This document shows, one piece after another, positions 19,939 to 29,803 of a DNA stretch of 64,000 nucleotides. Each line of letters starts with the position of its first letter. The first letter of the stretch is position 1. The position numbers and the translations under genes were made by a program. Under the pieces are notes generated by a model that was given only the letters and a program-made list of their open reading frames with translations, was not told the DNA's origin and searched no databases. The DNA is from Chitinophagaceae bacterium (GTDB lineage Bacteria > Bacteroidota > Bacteroidia > Chitinophagales > Chitinophagaceae), in NCBI GenBank assembly GCA_044229375.1, contig JBGATE010000001.1, positions 618 through 64,617 of the forward strand. The letters are read 5' to 3'.

Positions 19939-21660
19939 ATGCAGTACAGTGCTGATATCAAAAAGCTTCCCCGTCATTTTTTACCCGCAGATCTTATCAT
20001 TAAGGATTGGGCGGGACTTGAGCCTTTTTTCCGGGACCTGGAAGAAAGAAAGATCAGTTCATTGACCGACCTTGAGCAATGGCTGAAGGATTCCAGCGAA
20101 CTGGAAGCCGCGGTCAGTGAAGACGCCTGCTGGCGGCAGATCAAAATGACCTGTGATACGGAAAATAAGGACCTGGAGCAGGCTTTTACCTTTTTCATGA
20201 TGGAGATCCAGCCGAAAATGCAGCCCTATGCCGACCGGCTGAATAAAAAATTAGTGGACAGTCCTTTTACAAAGGACCTGGATCCTTCAAAATATTTCAC
20301 TTACCTGCGAAACGTAAAGAAGAGCATCGAGCTTTTCCGCGAAGCCAATATTCCGCTGCAGGCCGAATTGAATGTGATGCAGCAGCAGTATGGCGTAATT
20401 GCGGGAAAGATGACGGTGGAAGTGAACGGCCAGGAATTCACCCTGCAGCAGGCGGCCAAATTCCTCGAGGACCCCGACCGTAAGCTGCGGGAAGAGGTGT
20501 ACCGTAAAATAAACGACCGCCGCCTTCATGACAAGGCTGAGATGAACATTTTGTTCTCTTCTCTCCTGCAAAAGCGACACCAGGTGGCACTGAACACCGG
20601 GTTTGAGAATTACCGTGATTTTCGTTTCAAAGAACTCGGGCGCTTTGATTACACCAAAGAAGAATGTTACCAGTTTCATGAAGCGGTGAAACTGCATGTG
20701 ATGCCGTTGGTGAACCAGATCTACGAGGCCAAAAAGAAAATACTGGGACTGGATGATCTGCGTCCCTGGGATGTGGAGGCCGAACCGGCAGGTACACGAC
20801 CCTTACGACCGTTCAAGTCAGGTGAGGAGCTCACGCAGAAGACCGTAGATTGTTTTAACCGGCTGATGTCCTTTTTCGGGGATTGCCTTGTCAAAATGAA
20901 GACCATGGGTCATCTCGACCTGGAAAGCCGTAAGGGCAAGGCTCCCGGAGGATATAATTGCCCGCTGGCGGAAAGCGGCGCCCCCTTTATCTTCATGAAT
21001 GCGGCAGGCACGCTCGATGATGTGACCACCATGGTGCATGAAGGCGGTCATGCCATTCATTCTTTTCTTGCACACGAACTGGAATTGAATGGTTTTAAGG
21101 AATACCCGACCGAGATCGCTGAAGTGGCCAGCATGGCGATGGAACTCTTCAGTATGGACCACTGGGAGGTTTACTTTCCCGGTGCGGATGAACTGAAAAG
21201 GGCAAAGGAGCAGCAACTGGAGAGGGTGATCACCATCTTTCCCTGGATCGCCACGATCGATAAGTTTCAGCACTGGATCTATGAGCACCCCAACCATACC
21301 GAAGAAGAAAGGGCTGTAAACTGGATGTCCATTTTGGAAGAATTCTCATCCCCGGTTATTGATTATTCCGGCCTGGACGAATACCGCCGCTTTTCCTGGC
21401 AGCGGCAACTGCATTTATTTGAAGTGCCCTTCTATTACATTGAGTATGGCATTGCCCAACTGGGTGCCATCGGACTCTGGCAACAGTATAAAAAGGATAA
21501 AGAAAGGGCCGTTAACAATTATATAATGGCCCTGAAAAAAGGGGGTACGCAAACCCTTCCTGAACTGTTTAAGGCAGCGGGTCTGAAATTCGATTTTTCA
21601 CCGGGTTATATTAAGGAGCTGATGCTGTTTGTTAAAACAGAGATGGACCGTCTTAACTAA
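19939..21660 (+). CDS. M3 family oligoendopeptidase F
   Basis: RKGKAPGGY, HEGGHAIH zinc motif, AEVASMAMEL, PFYYIEY. Confidence 0.93.
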   Translation: MQYSADIKKLPRHFLPADLIIKDWAGLEPFFRDLEERKISSLTDLEQWLKDSSELEAAVSEDACWRQIKMTCDTENKDLEQAFTFFMMEIQPKMQPYADRLNKKLVDSPFTKDLDPSKYFTYLRNVKKSIELFREANIPLQAELNVMQQQYGVIAGKMTVEVNGQEFTLQQAAKFLEDPDRKLREEVYRKINDRRLHDKAEMNILFSSLLQKRHQVALNTGFENYRDFRFKELGRFDYTKEECYQFHEAVKLHVMPLVNQIYEAKKKILGLDDLRPWDVEAEPAGTRPLRPFKSGEELTQKTVDCFNRLMSFFGDCLVKMKTMGHLDLESRKGKAPGGYNCPLAESGAPFIFMNAAGTLDDVTTMVHEGGHAIHSFLAHELELNGFKEYPTEIAEVASMAMELFSMDHWEVYFPGADELKRAKEQQLERVITIFPWIATIDKFQHWIYEHPNHTEEERAVNWMSILEEFSSPVIDYSGLDEYRRFSWQRQLHLFEVPFYYIEYGIAQLGAIGLWQQYKKDKERAVNNYIMALKKGGTQTLPELFKAAGLKFDFSPGYIKELMLFVKTEMDRLN

Positions 21661-21812
21661 AATACCTCAAAAGTGGTATGCCCTAAATTCGGAAATATGA
21701 ACGGCAGACATTATTTTTGATTCAAGAATGAAACAGCGTATAAAAGCGCTTCAACATACTACTGCGTTGAAAATTCGTAGTATAAAATAGCTACTAATCA
21801 GAGCCTTAACCA

Positions 21813-21850
21813 AAAAGTCCCGATGTTTCTACACCGGGGCTTTGTTTTTC
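21813..21850 (+). terminator. Intrinsic terminator
   Basis: aaagtcccgatgtttctacaccggggctttgttttt. Confidence 0.7.
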
Positions 21851-21853
21851 AAA

Positions 21854-22092
21854 ACCCCCAACCTGACCCCCTGTCCCCCTAAAGGGGGAACCTAGGTCGA
21901 GAATTCACTCAAGTTGCAATATTTTCCTAAAGTACAAAGCCTCCAAACCGGAGGCTTTGTACTTTAGGACTATTTGAAGTGTGTAAAGACTTTTTGATCT
22001 AAGTCTCCCCTTTAGGGGGACAGGGGGTTAGGACAGGGAGTTAGGACAGGGAGTTAGGACAGGGAGTTAGGACAGGGGGTTAGGCTGGGGGT
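21854..22092. mobile_element. REPIN/MITE-like inverted-repeat element with a tandemly expanded right arm
   Basis: The left arm acccccaacctgaccccctgtccccctaaagggggaacctag is the reverse complement of the right arm ctaagtctcccctttagggggacagggggttagg...ctgggggt. There is a central perfect 19-bp hairpin (cctaaagtacaaagcctcc/ggaggctttgtactttagg). A related copy lies at 51546-51721. Confidence 0.75.
22018..22082. repeat. 13-bp tandem repeat x5 (GGACAGGGRGTTA)
   Basis: Five contiguous units read directly from the sequence; overlaps the stop codon of the Fur gene. Confidence 0.9.
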
Positions 22093-22525
22093 GTGAACAG
22101 TTCTTACAAATTCCCTCTACCACCACCTCTGTATGATTCGGGATATAGCCCCTGGGCAATTTTATATCCGGGGTGACCACATCATCCAGGCAATAGGTCT
22201 TGTGACAGTTATTGCAGATGAAATGCACGTGATGATCGTGGTGATGGCCTTCTGAACATTCATCCTTGCAGAGCGCATAGCGAACAGAATTATCCGACGT
22301 GGGTATGGTATGTATGATCCCCTTATCCACAAAGATCTGCAGGGTACGGTACACGGTGACACGGTCGAATTTTTCCCCCGCCTTCTTTTCAATATCGCCA
22401 TGGGCCAATGCCCCGGTATTCTCCAGGAAGAGTTGCAGGATCTTTTTTCGGCTGTCCGTTACACTCAGGTTGTTGCGCTTCAGCGTCCTTGCAATGGCAG
22501 CTTCCCGCTTGTTAACTGTTTCCAT
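22067..22525 (-). CDS. Fur/Zur family transcriptional repressor
   Basis: T.SR..IL, DRVTVYRTL, HHHDHHVHFICNNC, EGICKNC. Confidence 0.92.
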   Translation of the reverse strand: METVNKREAAIARTLKRNNLSVTDSRKKILQLFLENTGALAHGDIEKKAGEKFDRVTVYRTLQIFVDKGIIHTIPTSDNSVRYALCKDECSEGHHHDHHVHFICNNCHKTYCLDDVVTPDIKLPRGYIPNHTEVVVEGICKNCSHPQPNPLS

Positions 22526-22542
22526 TGTATTCGCTTTTCAAA

Positions 22543-23172
22543 TTAATATGGTTCCGGCTTTACTTCCTCCTTTAACAATTTGCCGGCATCTTTGATCAGT
22601 TGTCTCACCTCACTTTGTTTCAGCCCGTCGTAGATCTTTCGCACATCCCCGTTCCTGTCCACCAGCGCCCAAAACTGGGTATGCAGAAAATCATCGTCCA
22701 GGCTTTTCAGGTTATTGGCCGGGTCGTCGATGGTATAACTTATCCGCGCCATATTATAAAGACTGTCCTTGCGCCCGGTGAGAAAGATCCATTTTTTTGT
22801 GTCCACTGCCATGGAATCGGCATAGTGCTTCATCGTCGGCACCGAATCCGTTTCCGGGTCACAGGTATAGGAAAGGATCAGAAAATCCTTTTCCTCTTTC
22901 AGCGCATCATACACCAGCCGCATGTTGTTATTCATTTTGGGGCAGATGCCCTTGCAGGTAGTGAAAAAATATTCTACCGCATGCACTTTCCCTTCCACAT
23001 CTTTATGCGTAACCTGCTGACCATCCTGGTTGGTGAACGAAAAAGGCCGTACAAAACTGACGGGAGCGACTTTTTTATCCGAAAACCCGGGAATCACCCT
23101 GGTGAGCACGAAATAAAAGATCAACACCAATCCCGTAAAAAATCCCAGGTAGATCCAGCCCTTCCTTGTCAT
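22543..23172 (-). CDS. SCO family copper chaperone
   Basis: N-terminal TM; FFTTCKGICP (CxxxC); DPETDS; conserved His in FLHT. Confidence 0.92.
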   Translation of the reverse strand: MTRKGWIYLGFFTGLVLIFYFVLTRVIPGFSDKKVAPVSFVRPFSFTNQDGQQVTHKDVEGKVHAVEYFFTTCKGICPKMNNNMRLVYDALKEEKDFLILSYTCDPETDSVPTMKHYADSMAVDTKKWIFLTGRKDSLYNMARISYTIDDPANNLKSLDDDFLHTQFWALVDRNGDVRKIYDGLKQSEVRQLIKDAGKLLKEEVKPEPY

Positions 23173-23223
23173 ACGCTTTCAATATTTATTCCGCAAAGGT
23201 AACACCCGGGGGCTTTTTTATTT

Positions 23224-23238
23224 TGCAACAATGTTGCT
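23224..23238. promoter_or_regulatory. Palindromic operator (candidate Fur/Zur-family box)
   Basis: tgcaac-aat-gttgct between the divergent sco-fur and merC-like genes, just upstream of a TATTTTTG -7 element. Confidence 0.55.
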
Positions 23239-23263
23239 TTTTTTGTATTTTTGACCCTCTTTT

Positions 23264-23656
23264 ATGAAGTTAACAATCAACTGGGATGCATTGGGTATCG
23301 GGGCCTCGCTGGCCTGTGCCATTCATTGTGCTTTTCTGCCCCTTTTCATGAGCACCTTACCCTTATTTGGGATCAATATCATTCACAATACTGGTTTTGA
23401 GGTAGGGATGATTGCGTTAGCCCTTGCTATCGGCACCTATTCGCTGATGCATGGCTACCGTAAACATCACCATAGCCTGGTGCCGGTGGCCATTTTCTAT
23501 GCCGGTTTTGTGTTCCTGGTACTAAAACAACTTTTCCTCCATTATGCCACCTGGCTGCTGGTCCCGGCCGTACTGCTGATCGTAACCGCTCATGTGATCA
23601 ACTACCGTTCCTGCCGGTTGCATAACCATGCGCATACCGACGATTGCAATCACTGA
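23264..23656 (+). CDS. MerC domain membrane protein (metal transport)
   Basis: D.LGI.AS..CAIHC..LP; GYRKHH; His/Cys-rich tail HNHAHTDDCNH. Confidence 0.88.
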   Translation: MKLTINWDALGIGASLACAIHCAFLPLFMSTLPLFGINIIHNTGFEVGMIALALAIGTYSLMHGYRKHHHSLVPVAIFYAGFVFLVLKQLFLHYATWLLVPAVLLIVTAHVINYRSCRLHNHAHTDDCNH

Positions 23657-23695
23657 TGCTTCCGCTTTTTTCCTACCTTGAACCAAATTGAAAAG

Positions 23696-24118
23696 ATGAA
23701 AAAGTTAATGCCTGTACTCCTGCTTTTATTCTATACCGGCCTGGCCGCACAGCGGAGTGATGAAACCCGGATCCGTGAACTCCTCGCCCGGCAAACGGCC
23801 GACTGGAACCGTGGCGATGTGGAAGCTTTCATGAACGGTTACTGGGAAAATGATTCACTGATGTTCGTTGGCAAGAGCGGTGTTACCTATGGCTGGATGA
23901 ATACGCTGAATAATTATAAAAAAGGATATCCCGATACGGCTGCCATGGGAAAACTTTCTTTTGATATCATCAAAGTTAAACGGCTTTCCAAAAAATATTA
24001 TTTCGTGGTCGGCAAATGGTTCCTGAAACGCAGCATCGGCGATATCAGCGGACATTATAACCTGCTTTTCGAAAAAATGAACAGCCGCTGGGTGATCGTT
24101 GCCGATCACAGCAGCTGA
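23696..24118 (+). CDS. NTF2/SnoaL-like (DUF4440) protein
   Basis: WNRGDVEAFMNGYW, YKKGYPD...MGKL.F, WVIVADHSS. Confidence 0.88.
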   Translation: MKKLMPVLLLLFYTGLAAQRSDETRIRELLARQTADWNRGDVEAFMNGYWENDSLMFVGKSGVTYGWMNTLNNYKKGYPDTAAMGKLSFDIIKVKRLSKKYYFVVGKWFLKRSIGDISGHYNLLFEKMNSRWVIVADHSS

Positions 24119-24155
24119 TGCCATCTTTTTTTCTTCTTCATTTAAAATACGTATT

Positions 24156-25058
24156 ATGGCATTAATTATTTTAGGCCTGGTGCTGCTGATCACCGGGTTC
24201 GCCCTTCAGCGAAATGAGCAATTCCACCGGTATGCCGGGATCATCAGGAATATTGCTTTCCTCCTGATCATTGCAGGGGTACTTACAAAAAGTATTGTCC
24301 AGATCAATGCCGGCCAGATCGGTGTAAAAACGCTATTTGGAAAAGTGCAGAACGATGTGCTGGGCAGTGGTCTTCATTTCATCAATCCGTTGCTGGAGAT
24401 CCGAAGACTGGATGTAAAGACCCAAAATTACACCATGAGCGGTCAGCATGATGAGGGCCGGCAAACAAGCGATGATGCGATCCGGGTGCTTACTTCGGAC
24501 GGGCTTGAAGTAACCATTGACCTGACCGTACTCTATAAACTGCTGCCTTCCGAGGCACCCAAACTGGTGCGGGAGACCGGTGAGGATTATACCGATAAGA
24601 TCGTGCGGCCGCTGACACGAACAAAGATCCGCGATAATGCGGTGTATTATGAGGCCATTGCCCTTTATTCCACGAAAAGGGATGAATTTCAGCAACGCAT
24701 CTTCAATAGTATTGAGGAAGATTTTAAAAAGAGGGGGCTGATCCTTGAACAATTGCTTGTCAGGAATATTACTTTGCCCCAATCCGTAAAAGCAACGATA
24801 GAGCAAAAGATCAATGCAGAGCAGGATGCGCAGAAAATGCAGTTCGTACTTTTAAAAGAGCGGCAGGAAGCGGAAAGAAAAAGGGTAGAGGCCCAGGGTA
24901 TCGCCGATTACCAGCGCATCATCAATACCGGGCTTACTGACCAGCAATTGCAGTATGAACAAATAAAAGCTTACCTGGAACTGGCAAAATCTCCCAACTC
25001 AAAAGTTATAGTGATGGGTAAGGGCAATGCACCGATCATTTTGGATACAAAGAACTAA
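24156..25058 (+). CDS. Prohibitin/SPFH family membrane protein
   Basis: N-terminal TMs; GLHFINP; LVRNITLP..V...IEQKINAEQ; EAERKRVEAQGIA. Confidence 0.92.
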   Translation: MALIILGLVLLITGFALQRNEQFHRYAGIIRNIAFLLIIAGVLTKSIVQINAGQIGVKTLFGKVQNDVLGSGLHFINPLLEIRRLDVKTQNYTMSGQHDEGRQTSDDAIRVLTSDGLEVTIDLTVLYKLLPSEAPKLVRETGEDYTDKIVRPLTRTKIRDNAVYYEAIALYSTKRDEFQQRIFNSIEEDFKKRGLILEQLLVRNITLPQSVKATIEQKINAEQDAQKMQFVLLKERQEAERKRVEAQGIADYQRIINTGLTDQQLQYEQIKAYLELAKSPNSKVIVMGKGNAPIILDTKN

Positions 25059-25198
25059 CGTTTCTCTTTAAATTTTATCCCGAAAGGTCTCAAATAACAG
25101 TATACTGGAGTGAAGTGTTTTCCCTGGTGCGCTTTGTGACCCTGCGGGCCGGCAGGATTGCGGAAAGTATACGTTACGTTTAAAGTGGTATTGTGCTG

Positions 25199-25426
25199 TT
25201 ATTCTTTATTCCAGGTATTGTACAAATAGCGGATCAGCAGGAGCAGGGTGACCAGCATGACGGCATAAAAGAGGATCGTATAGATAACGGGTTTCCCGGC
25301 ACTGTATCCCAGCTCATAGTAAAGACCCCCGGTGGCAGAGGCCATCAGCCAGAGCAAACTCATCGAAATGGAGTTCAGCACTTTCCGGAGAAATTTTTTC
25401 ACATCGGGATCCCATCCCTGTTCCAT
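25199..25426 (-). CDS. Small hypothetical membrane protein
   Basis: MEQGWDPDVKKFLRKVLNSIS..LLW with two TM segments; follows the GH25 gene. Confidence 0.7.
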   Translation of the reverse strand: MEQGWDPDVKKFLRKVLNSISMSLLWLMASATGGLYYELGYSAGKPVIYTILFYAVMLVTLLLLIRYLYNTWNKE

Positions 25427-25481
25427 GGTAGAAGTTGAAGGTCCCAAGTTACCAATTATAAAGGGGCGGATCATCAAAGGG

Positions 25482-26255
25482 TCAGCGGACCAGTAATTGT
25501 TTAAAGGCCAGGGAATCACCGTTGAAAACATTGAAGTCCACTTTTGCCACAATTCCATTCACCCTCCCTTCGTCACTGTGCTGCCAGAACACCCAGCCAC
25601 GGCTGATACGCGGCTGTTCGGGCTGGTAATAATGCGCAACCCAGAGGGGATAGCTGTCAAACTCGCTTCCGAGATTTCGTTTGTAAAATTCGACGTTGGT
25701 ATAAATAATGGGTCGTATACGATAATATGCTTCCACGGTTTCCAGCCATTGTTTGGCCTCCTTTTTCAACTGTGCCGAAGATGTGCCGTTCAGTTGTTCG
25801 ATATCCAGCACCGGCGGAAGATCGCCGGGCTCCAGTTCCACCCGCTTGATGAAATTTTCCGCCTGCATGCGACCGTCCTTGGAGGCAATAAAGAAATGAT
25901 AGGCCCCCCGGCAGATCCCCGCATCTTTGGACCTTCGCCAGTTACGGCCAAAACGGGGATCGGTGTTGCCGATCCCTTCCGTCGCCTTGATAAATGCAAA
26001 CCCGAGCTGAATGTTCCGCACTTTCATCGCCTTAACTTCCTCCCAGGCAATAGTGGACTGGTATTTGGAAACATCGATACCATGGATGGAATAACTTTCA
26101 GGGATGGCGATACCAAATTCGGGATACCGGGTGAATTTCACTTTCCGGTACTCCAGTTTGGGGTAAAGGATCCCGATGCCGGCTGCTATAAGTACAACGA
26201 CAAAAAGACCCAGTACAATTCTTTTTACTTGTTTTTTCCGGCGGCGGGATAACAT
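25482..26255 (-). CDS. Glycoside hydrolase family 25 (lysozyme M1-like)
   Basis: HGIDVSKYQ, FIKATEG, GAYHFF, PPVLDIE, LWVAHY, FWQHS, VDFNVF; N-terminal TM anchor. Confidence 0.93.
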   Translation of the reverse strand: MLSRRRKKQVKRIVLGLFVVVLIAAGIGILYPKLEYRKVKFTRYPEFGIAIPESYSIHGIDVSKYQSTIAWEEVKAMKVRNIQLGFAFIKATEGIGNTDPRFGRNWRRSKDAGICRGAYHFFIASKDGRMQAENFIKRVELEPGDLPPVLDIEQLNGTSSAQLKKEAKQWLETVEAYYRIRPIIYTNVEFYKRNLGSEFDSYPLWVAHYYQPEQPRISRGWVFWQHSDEGRVNGIVAKVDFNVFNGDSLAFKQLLVR

Positions 26256-26413
26256 AAAGTGGCGGCAGGCATGGATACATACCTGCGGACAAATATAACG
26301 GCGCCTTCAATAGTAAAATGTTAATTCACCTGTCTTAAAAGGTCAGTTTTGGGCCGGCCGTAATATAGAACACGTCTTTTCTCCTTGCCGTCAGTTCCGG
26401 GCGGTTTTCTACC

Positions 26414-26788
26414 TTAACCAGTTTTTTTCGGAATGACATAACCCGGATCCAGGATTAGCTGCCATTTGTTTTTGGCCGGTATCCACGGTTTTGAAAATAC
26501 AGGGAAAGGTTTCTGATTCAAAAGGGCAAGAAATTGAAATCGGACGATGTGGGTGATATCGCTTACGTTACGACATGAAACAGTGTCTGTTTCCCCGCTA
26601 CCCGGGGGAAAAATATTTGCGGTTGAATATACATGTGATGAAATCGAAGAAATGCCGGATGAAAAATTTTTTATCGTGTAAACCGGCAATTTATCCTTGC
26701 GCACGAAATAATTGTAAGCCATGAAAGATCTGCTTCCTTCAAAGAATGGCTCGGAGCCTGAAGAACTTCTGCAAACATAATTCTTCAC
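26414..26788 (-). CDS. Possible hypothetical protein (doubtful)
   Basis: GTG start directly abutting the pcrA stop fills an otherwise empty gap; no recognisable motif. Confidence 0.3.
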   Translation of the reverse strand: MKNYVCRSSSGSEPFFEGSRSFMAYNYFVRKDKLPVYTIKNFSSGISSISSHVYSTANIFPPGSGETDTVSCRNVSDITHIVRFQFLALLNQKPFPVFSKPWIPAKNKWQLILDPGYVIPKKTG

Positions 26789-29179
26789 TTATTCCACGAT
26801 ACGCAACTTGGCATAATTGAGCATGATCTTTTTCTCGCCGTTATGCTCAAACTTCACCGTGGCGATGGGATTATGGGCAGCCCCCTCCATTTTGATCACT
26901 TCACCAAATCCAAATTTCTGGTGTTCAATTTTCTGACCGGGTTTCAGCTCCGAAGTATCGCTTGCAACAAAATCAGCCGAAGGGGTGTGCTCAACAACCT
27001 TCGGTGCGGTTGTTTTTGGAGATAAATATGCAGGCGTTTGTTTTTTCGCGGTGTCTTTATAACTGCCGGAATCCGACTCCTGGCTCACTCCTCCCCATCC
27101 TTTCATCCGGTTAAACCCGCTTCCCCCTCCCCAATGAGAGCCGGTTTGATTTTTTAACCCGCCGCCGGCAAAACTCCTGTCAAGGTATTGTTCGGGGATC
27201 TCTTCAATAAAACGACTGGGTTCGTTCTGCACCACCTGCCCGAAACGGTAACGGGTATTGGCATAGGTGACCCACAACCGCTGCTTGGCTCTTGTGATTA
27301 CTACATAGAACAACCTTCTTTCTTCTTCCAGTTCCTCCCGCGTGTTAATGGCCATCGCGTTGGGAAAAAGCATTTCTTCCAGTCCCGCCGCGAATACGCA
27401 ACTGAACTCCAATCCTTTGGCGGCATGGATCGTCATGAGTTTTACCGTATCTGCATTCGGATCTTTTTCATCTGCGTCCGTAAGCAACGTGATCTGCTGC
27501 AGGTAGGAGGCAAGATCGGCCTTCCCGCGTCCCGAAACCGTGATATCCGGTTCTTCCAGTACGGTACCATCTTCATCTATCTGTGACCTGTTGATGCTGT
27601 CATCCACCCATTCCTTGATGGAATTGAGCAACTCCTGGATGTTTTCATATCGCTGAATGCCCTCGGTACTTTTATCGTTGAATAACTCTTTTACCAGGTT
27701 CGTTTGTTTGCCCACATGGAATGCCACTTCATAGGCATTCTGTTTCGCCAGCATGCTGGCAAAACTTTTTATCATGATCACAAACTCATCGAGGGCCGTT
27801 AAGGTCCCGGCTTTAAATCCGTGTTTCGCCGCGTTCTCCAGCACTTCCCACACCGGGATATTGTTCTCATTGGCCGCGAGTATGAGTCTGTCAAGGGTGG
27901 TCTTACCGATTCCCCTGGCCGGGAAATTGATGATCCGTTTCAACGCCTCTTCATCTTTCGGGTTCACGATCAGCCGGAGATAAGCCACCAGGTCCTTTAT
28001 TTCCTTGCGCTGGTAAAAACTGATGCCCCCGTAGATCGTATAGGGTATGCCCATTCGCCGAAGGGCCTCTTCAAAAGCGCGGCTCTGCGCATTGGTGCGG
28101 TAAAGGATCGCAAAATCCCTGTTGCTGTAGTGGTTGCGGAGTTTCTGTTCCTGGATACTGTCGGCTACGAACTTTCCTTCGTCGTTATCGGTCAACGTGC
28201 GCACCAGTTTTATCTTTTCTCCTTCACTGTTCTCCGTGAACAATACTTTCTCGATCTGGCCCTTGTTGTTACGGATCACTTCGTTGGCAACGTGCAAAAT
28301 GCTCTTGGTGCTCCGGTAGTTCTGTTCCAGCTTCACCACTTTCACATCGTCATAATCCTTCTGGAACTGCAGGATGTTCTCTATCGTGGCCCCGCGGAAT
28401 GAATAGATACTCTGCGCGTCATCGCCCACTACGCATACATTCTCGTGCACGGCACCGAGCAGTTTGATGATCTCGTACTGGGCGGGATTGGTATCCTGGT
28501 ACTCATCGATCAGGATATACCTGAATTTGTGCTGGTATTTGGAAAGACTTTCGGGCACATTCTTCAGCAGCTCATAGAATTTCAGCAGCAGGTCATCGAA
28601 ATCCATGGCCCCATTCTTGAAGCAGCGTTTTACATAGGCATCATAGATCTGCCCGATAGCGGGGCGGTTGGAACGCATGTCTTCCTGCTGGATGGCATAG
28701 TCATTCCGGTATTCGGCCGGTCCCACCAGCGCGTTCTTCGCCGAAGAGATCCGGTTATAAACGATATTGGGTTTGTAATGTTTGTCGTCGAGGTTGAGTT
28801 CATTGATCACCGTTTTCACCACGCTCTTTGCGTCGTCAGTGTCATAGATCGTAAAATTGCGGGGATAACCGATCTTATCGGCCTCAAAACGGAGTATGCG
28901 GGCAAAGACCGAGTGAAAGGTACCGATATAAAGATTTCTTGCTTCGCCGTTACCGAGGATCTTCTCCACCCTTTCCTTCATCTCTTTGGCCGCCTTGTTG
29001 GTAAATGTAAGTGCCAGGATGCGAAAAGAATCCACCCCGTTGGCCATCAAATGCGCTACCCTTGTGGTCAGCACCTTGGTCTTTCCGCTGCCGGCACCGG
29101 CCACAATCATTAATGGTCCATCCAAATGAAGTACGGCTTCTCTCTGTCGCTCATTCAATCCGTGTAAGTAATCGATCAT
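26789..29179 (-). CDS. pcrA: UvrD/PcrA ATP-dependent DNA helicase
   Basis: AGAGSGKT, TFTNKAA, DEYQDTN, GDDAQSIYSFRGA, QNYRS, TIHAAKGLEF, EEERRLFYV; C-terminal Tudor-like domain. Confidence 0.95.
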   Translation of the reverse strand: MIDYLHGLNERQREAVLHLDGPLMIVAGAGSGKTKVLTTRVAHLMANGVDSFRILALTFTNKAAKEMKERVEKILGNGEARNLYIGTFHSVFARILRFEADKIGYPRNFTIYDTDDAKSVVKTVINELNLDDKHYKPNIVYNRISSAKNALVGPAEYRNDYAIQQEDMRSNRPAIGQIYDAYVKRCFKNGAMDFDDLLLKFYELLKNVPESLSKYQHKFRYILIDEYQDTNPAQYEIIKLLGAVHENVCVVGDDAQSIYSFRGATIENILQFQKDYDDVKVVKLEQNYRSTKSILHVANEVIRNNKGQIEKVLFTENSEGEKIKLVRTLTDNDEGKFVADSIQEQKLRNHYSNRDFAILYRTNAQSRAFEEALRRMGIPYTIYGGISFYQRKEIKDLVAYLRLIVNPKDEEALKRIINFPARGIGKTTLDRLILAANENNIPVWEVLENAAKHGFKAGTLTALDEFVIMIKSFASMLAKQNAYEVAFHVGKQTNLVKELFNDKSTEGIQRYENIQELLNSIKEWVDDSINRSQIDEDGTVLEEPDITVSGRGKADLASYLQQITLLTDADEKDPNADTVKLMTIHAAKGLEFSCVFAAGLEEMLFPNAMAINTREELEEERRLFYVVITRAKQRLWVTYANTRYRFGQVVQNEPSRFIEEIPEQYLDRSFAGGGLKNQTGSHWGGGSGFNRMKGWGGVSQESDSGSYKDTAKKQTPAYLSPKTTAPKVVEHTPSADFVASDTSELKPGQKIEHQKFGFGEVIKMEGAAHNPIATVKFEHNGEKKIMLNYAKLRIVE

Positions 29180-29277
29180 TTACCACTGCACCCTGGTTTT
29201 GCAAAGGGTTTTCCTGGCTGCAAATTACGTTGATTTAGCGGGAGGCGGAAAAGCTAGACCCGCTTTTAAAAAGTATT

Positions 29278-29793
29278 TTACCGGATACTGATCATTTGAT
29301 TCACGACCGTATCCTTTCCGGCTGTTGGCTTGTCATCCACCGGATCGGTACCGGTCTCAATTCCAATTACTCTGTAATCTCCCCGGGGCAGTTGCCGTAC
29401 CACGGCCCTGACCGTTGAATTGCACTTGCATTTACAACCCTGCCGGTGCCAGTATTCCGTGATCGTGATGGTATTCTCCCCGCGTTCCAGGCTTACCATC
29501 ACCTGGCGGCAGCAGAGGTGGTTCACATTTCTAGTATATACGATGGAATCGGCATCGGCCTTTATGCCATCGGTGCCGGGAGCTGTCAGATCCGGAAGGT
29601 CCGCGAAATCACCGGAAGAAGGAAATTTGGTACCGGCACGGGTTGCCGCTTCCGCACAACCTTTAACCTGCCAGGAGCTGATCAATGAACTGCCGTCCTT
29701 CCCGGTTTCCGATTGCTGCGGCGACTGATGCTGGTTGCAGGCCAGGTATGCCAAAGCGGCGATGATCAATAAGAACTGGATGAATTTTTTCAT
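29278..29793 (-). CDS. Hypothetical Cys-rich lipoprotein
   Basis: Lipobox YLAC; NHLCC and CKCKC motifs. Confidence 0.7.
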   Translation of the reverse strand: MKKFIQFLLIIAALAYLACNQHQSPQQSETGKDGSSLISSWQVKGCAEAATRAGTKFPSSGDFADLPDLTAPGTDGIKADADSIVYTRNVNHLCCRQVMVSLERGENTITITEYWHRQGCKCKCNSTVRAVVRQLPRGDYRVIGIETGTDPVDDKPTAGKDTVVNQMISIR

Positions 29794-29803
29794 ACGGTCT
29801 GCT

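Noticed and set aside
22018-22082. Direct repeats as a possible CRISPR array
   Set aside because: The units are 13 bp, contiguous and spacer-less, and no cas genes are present.
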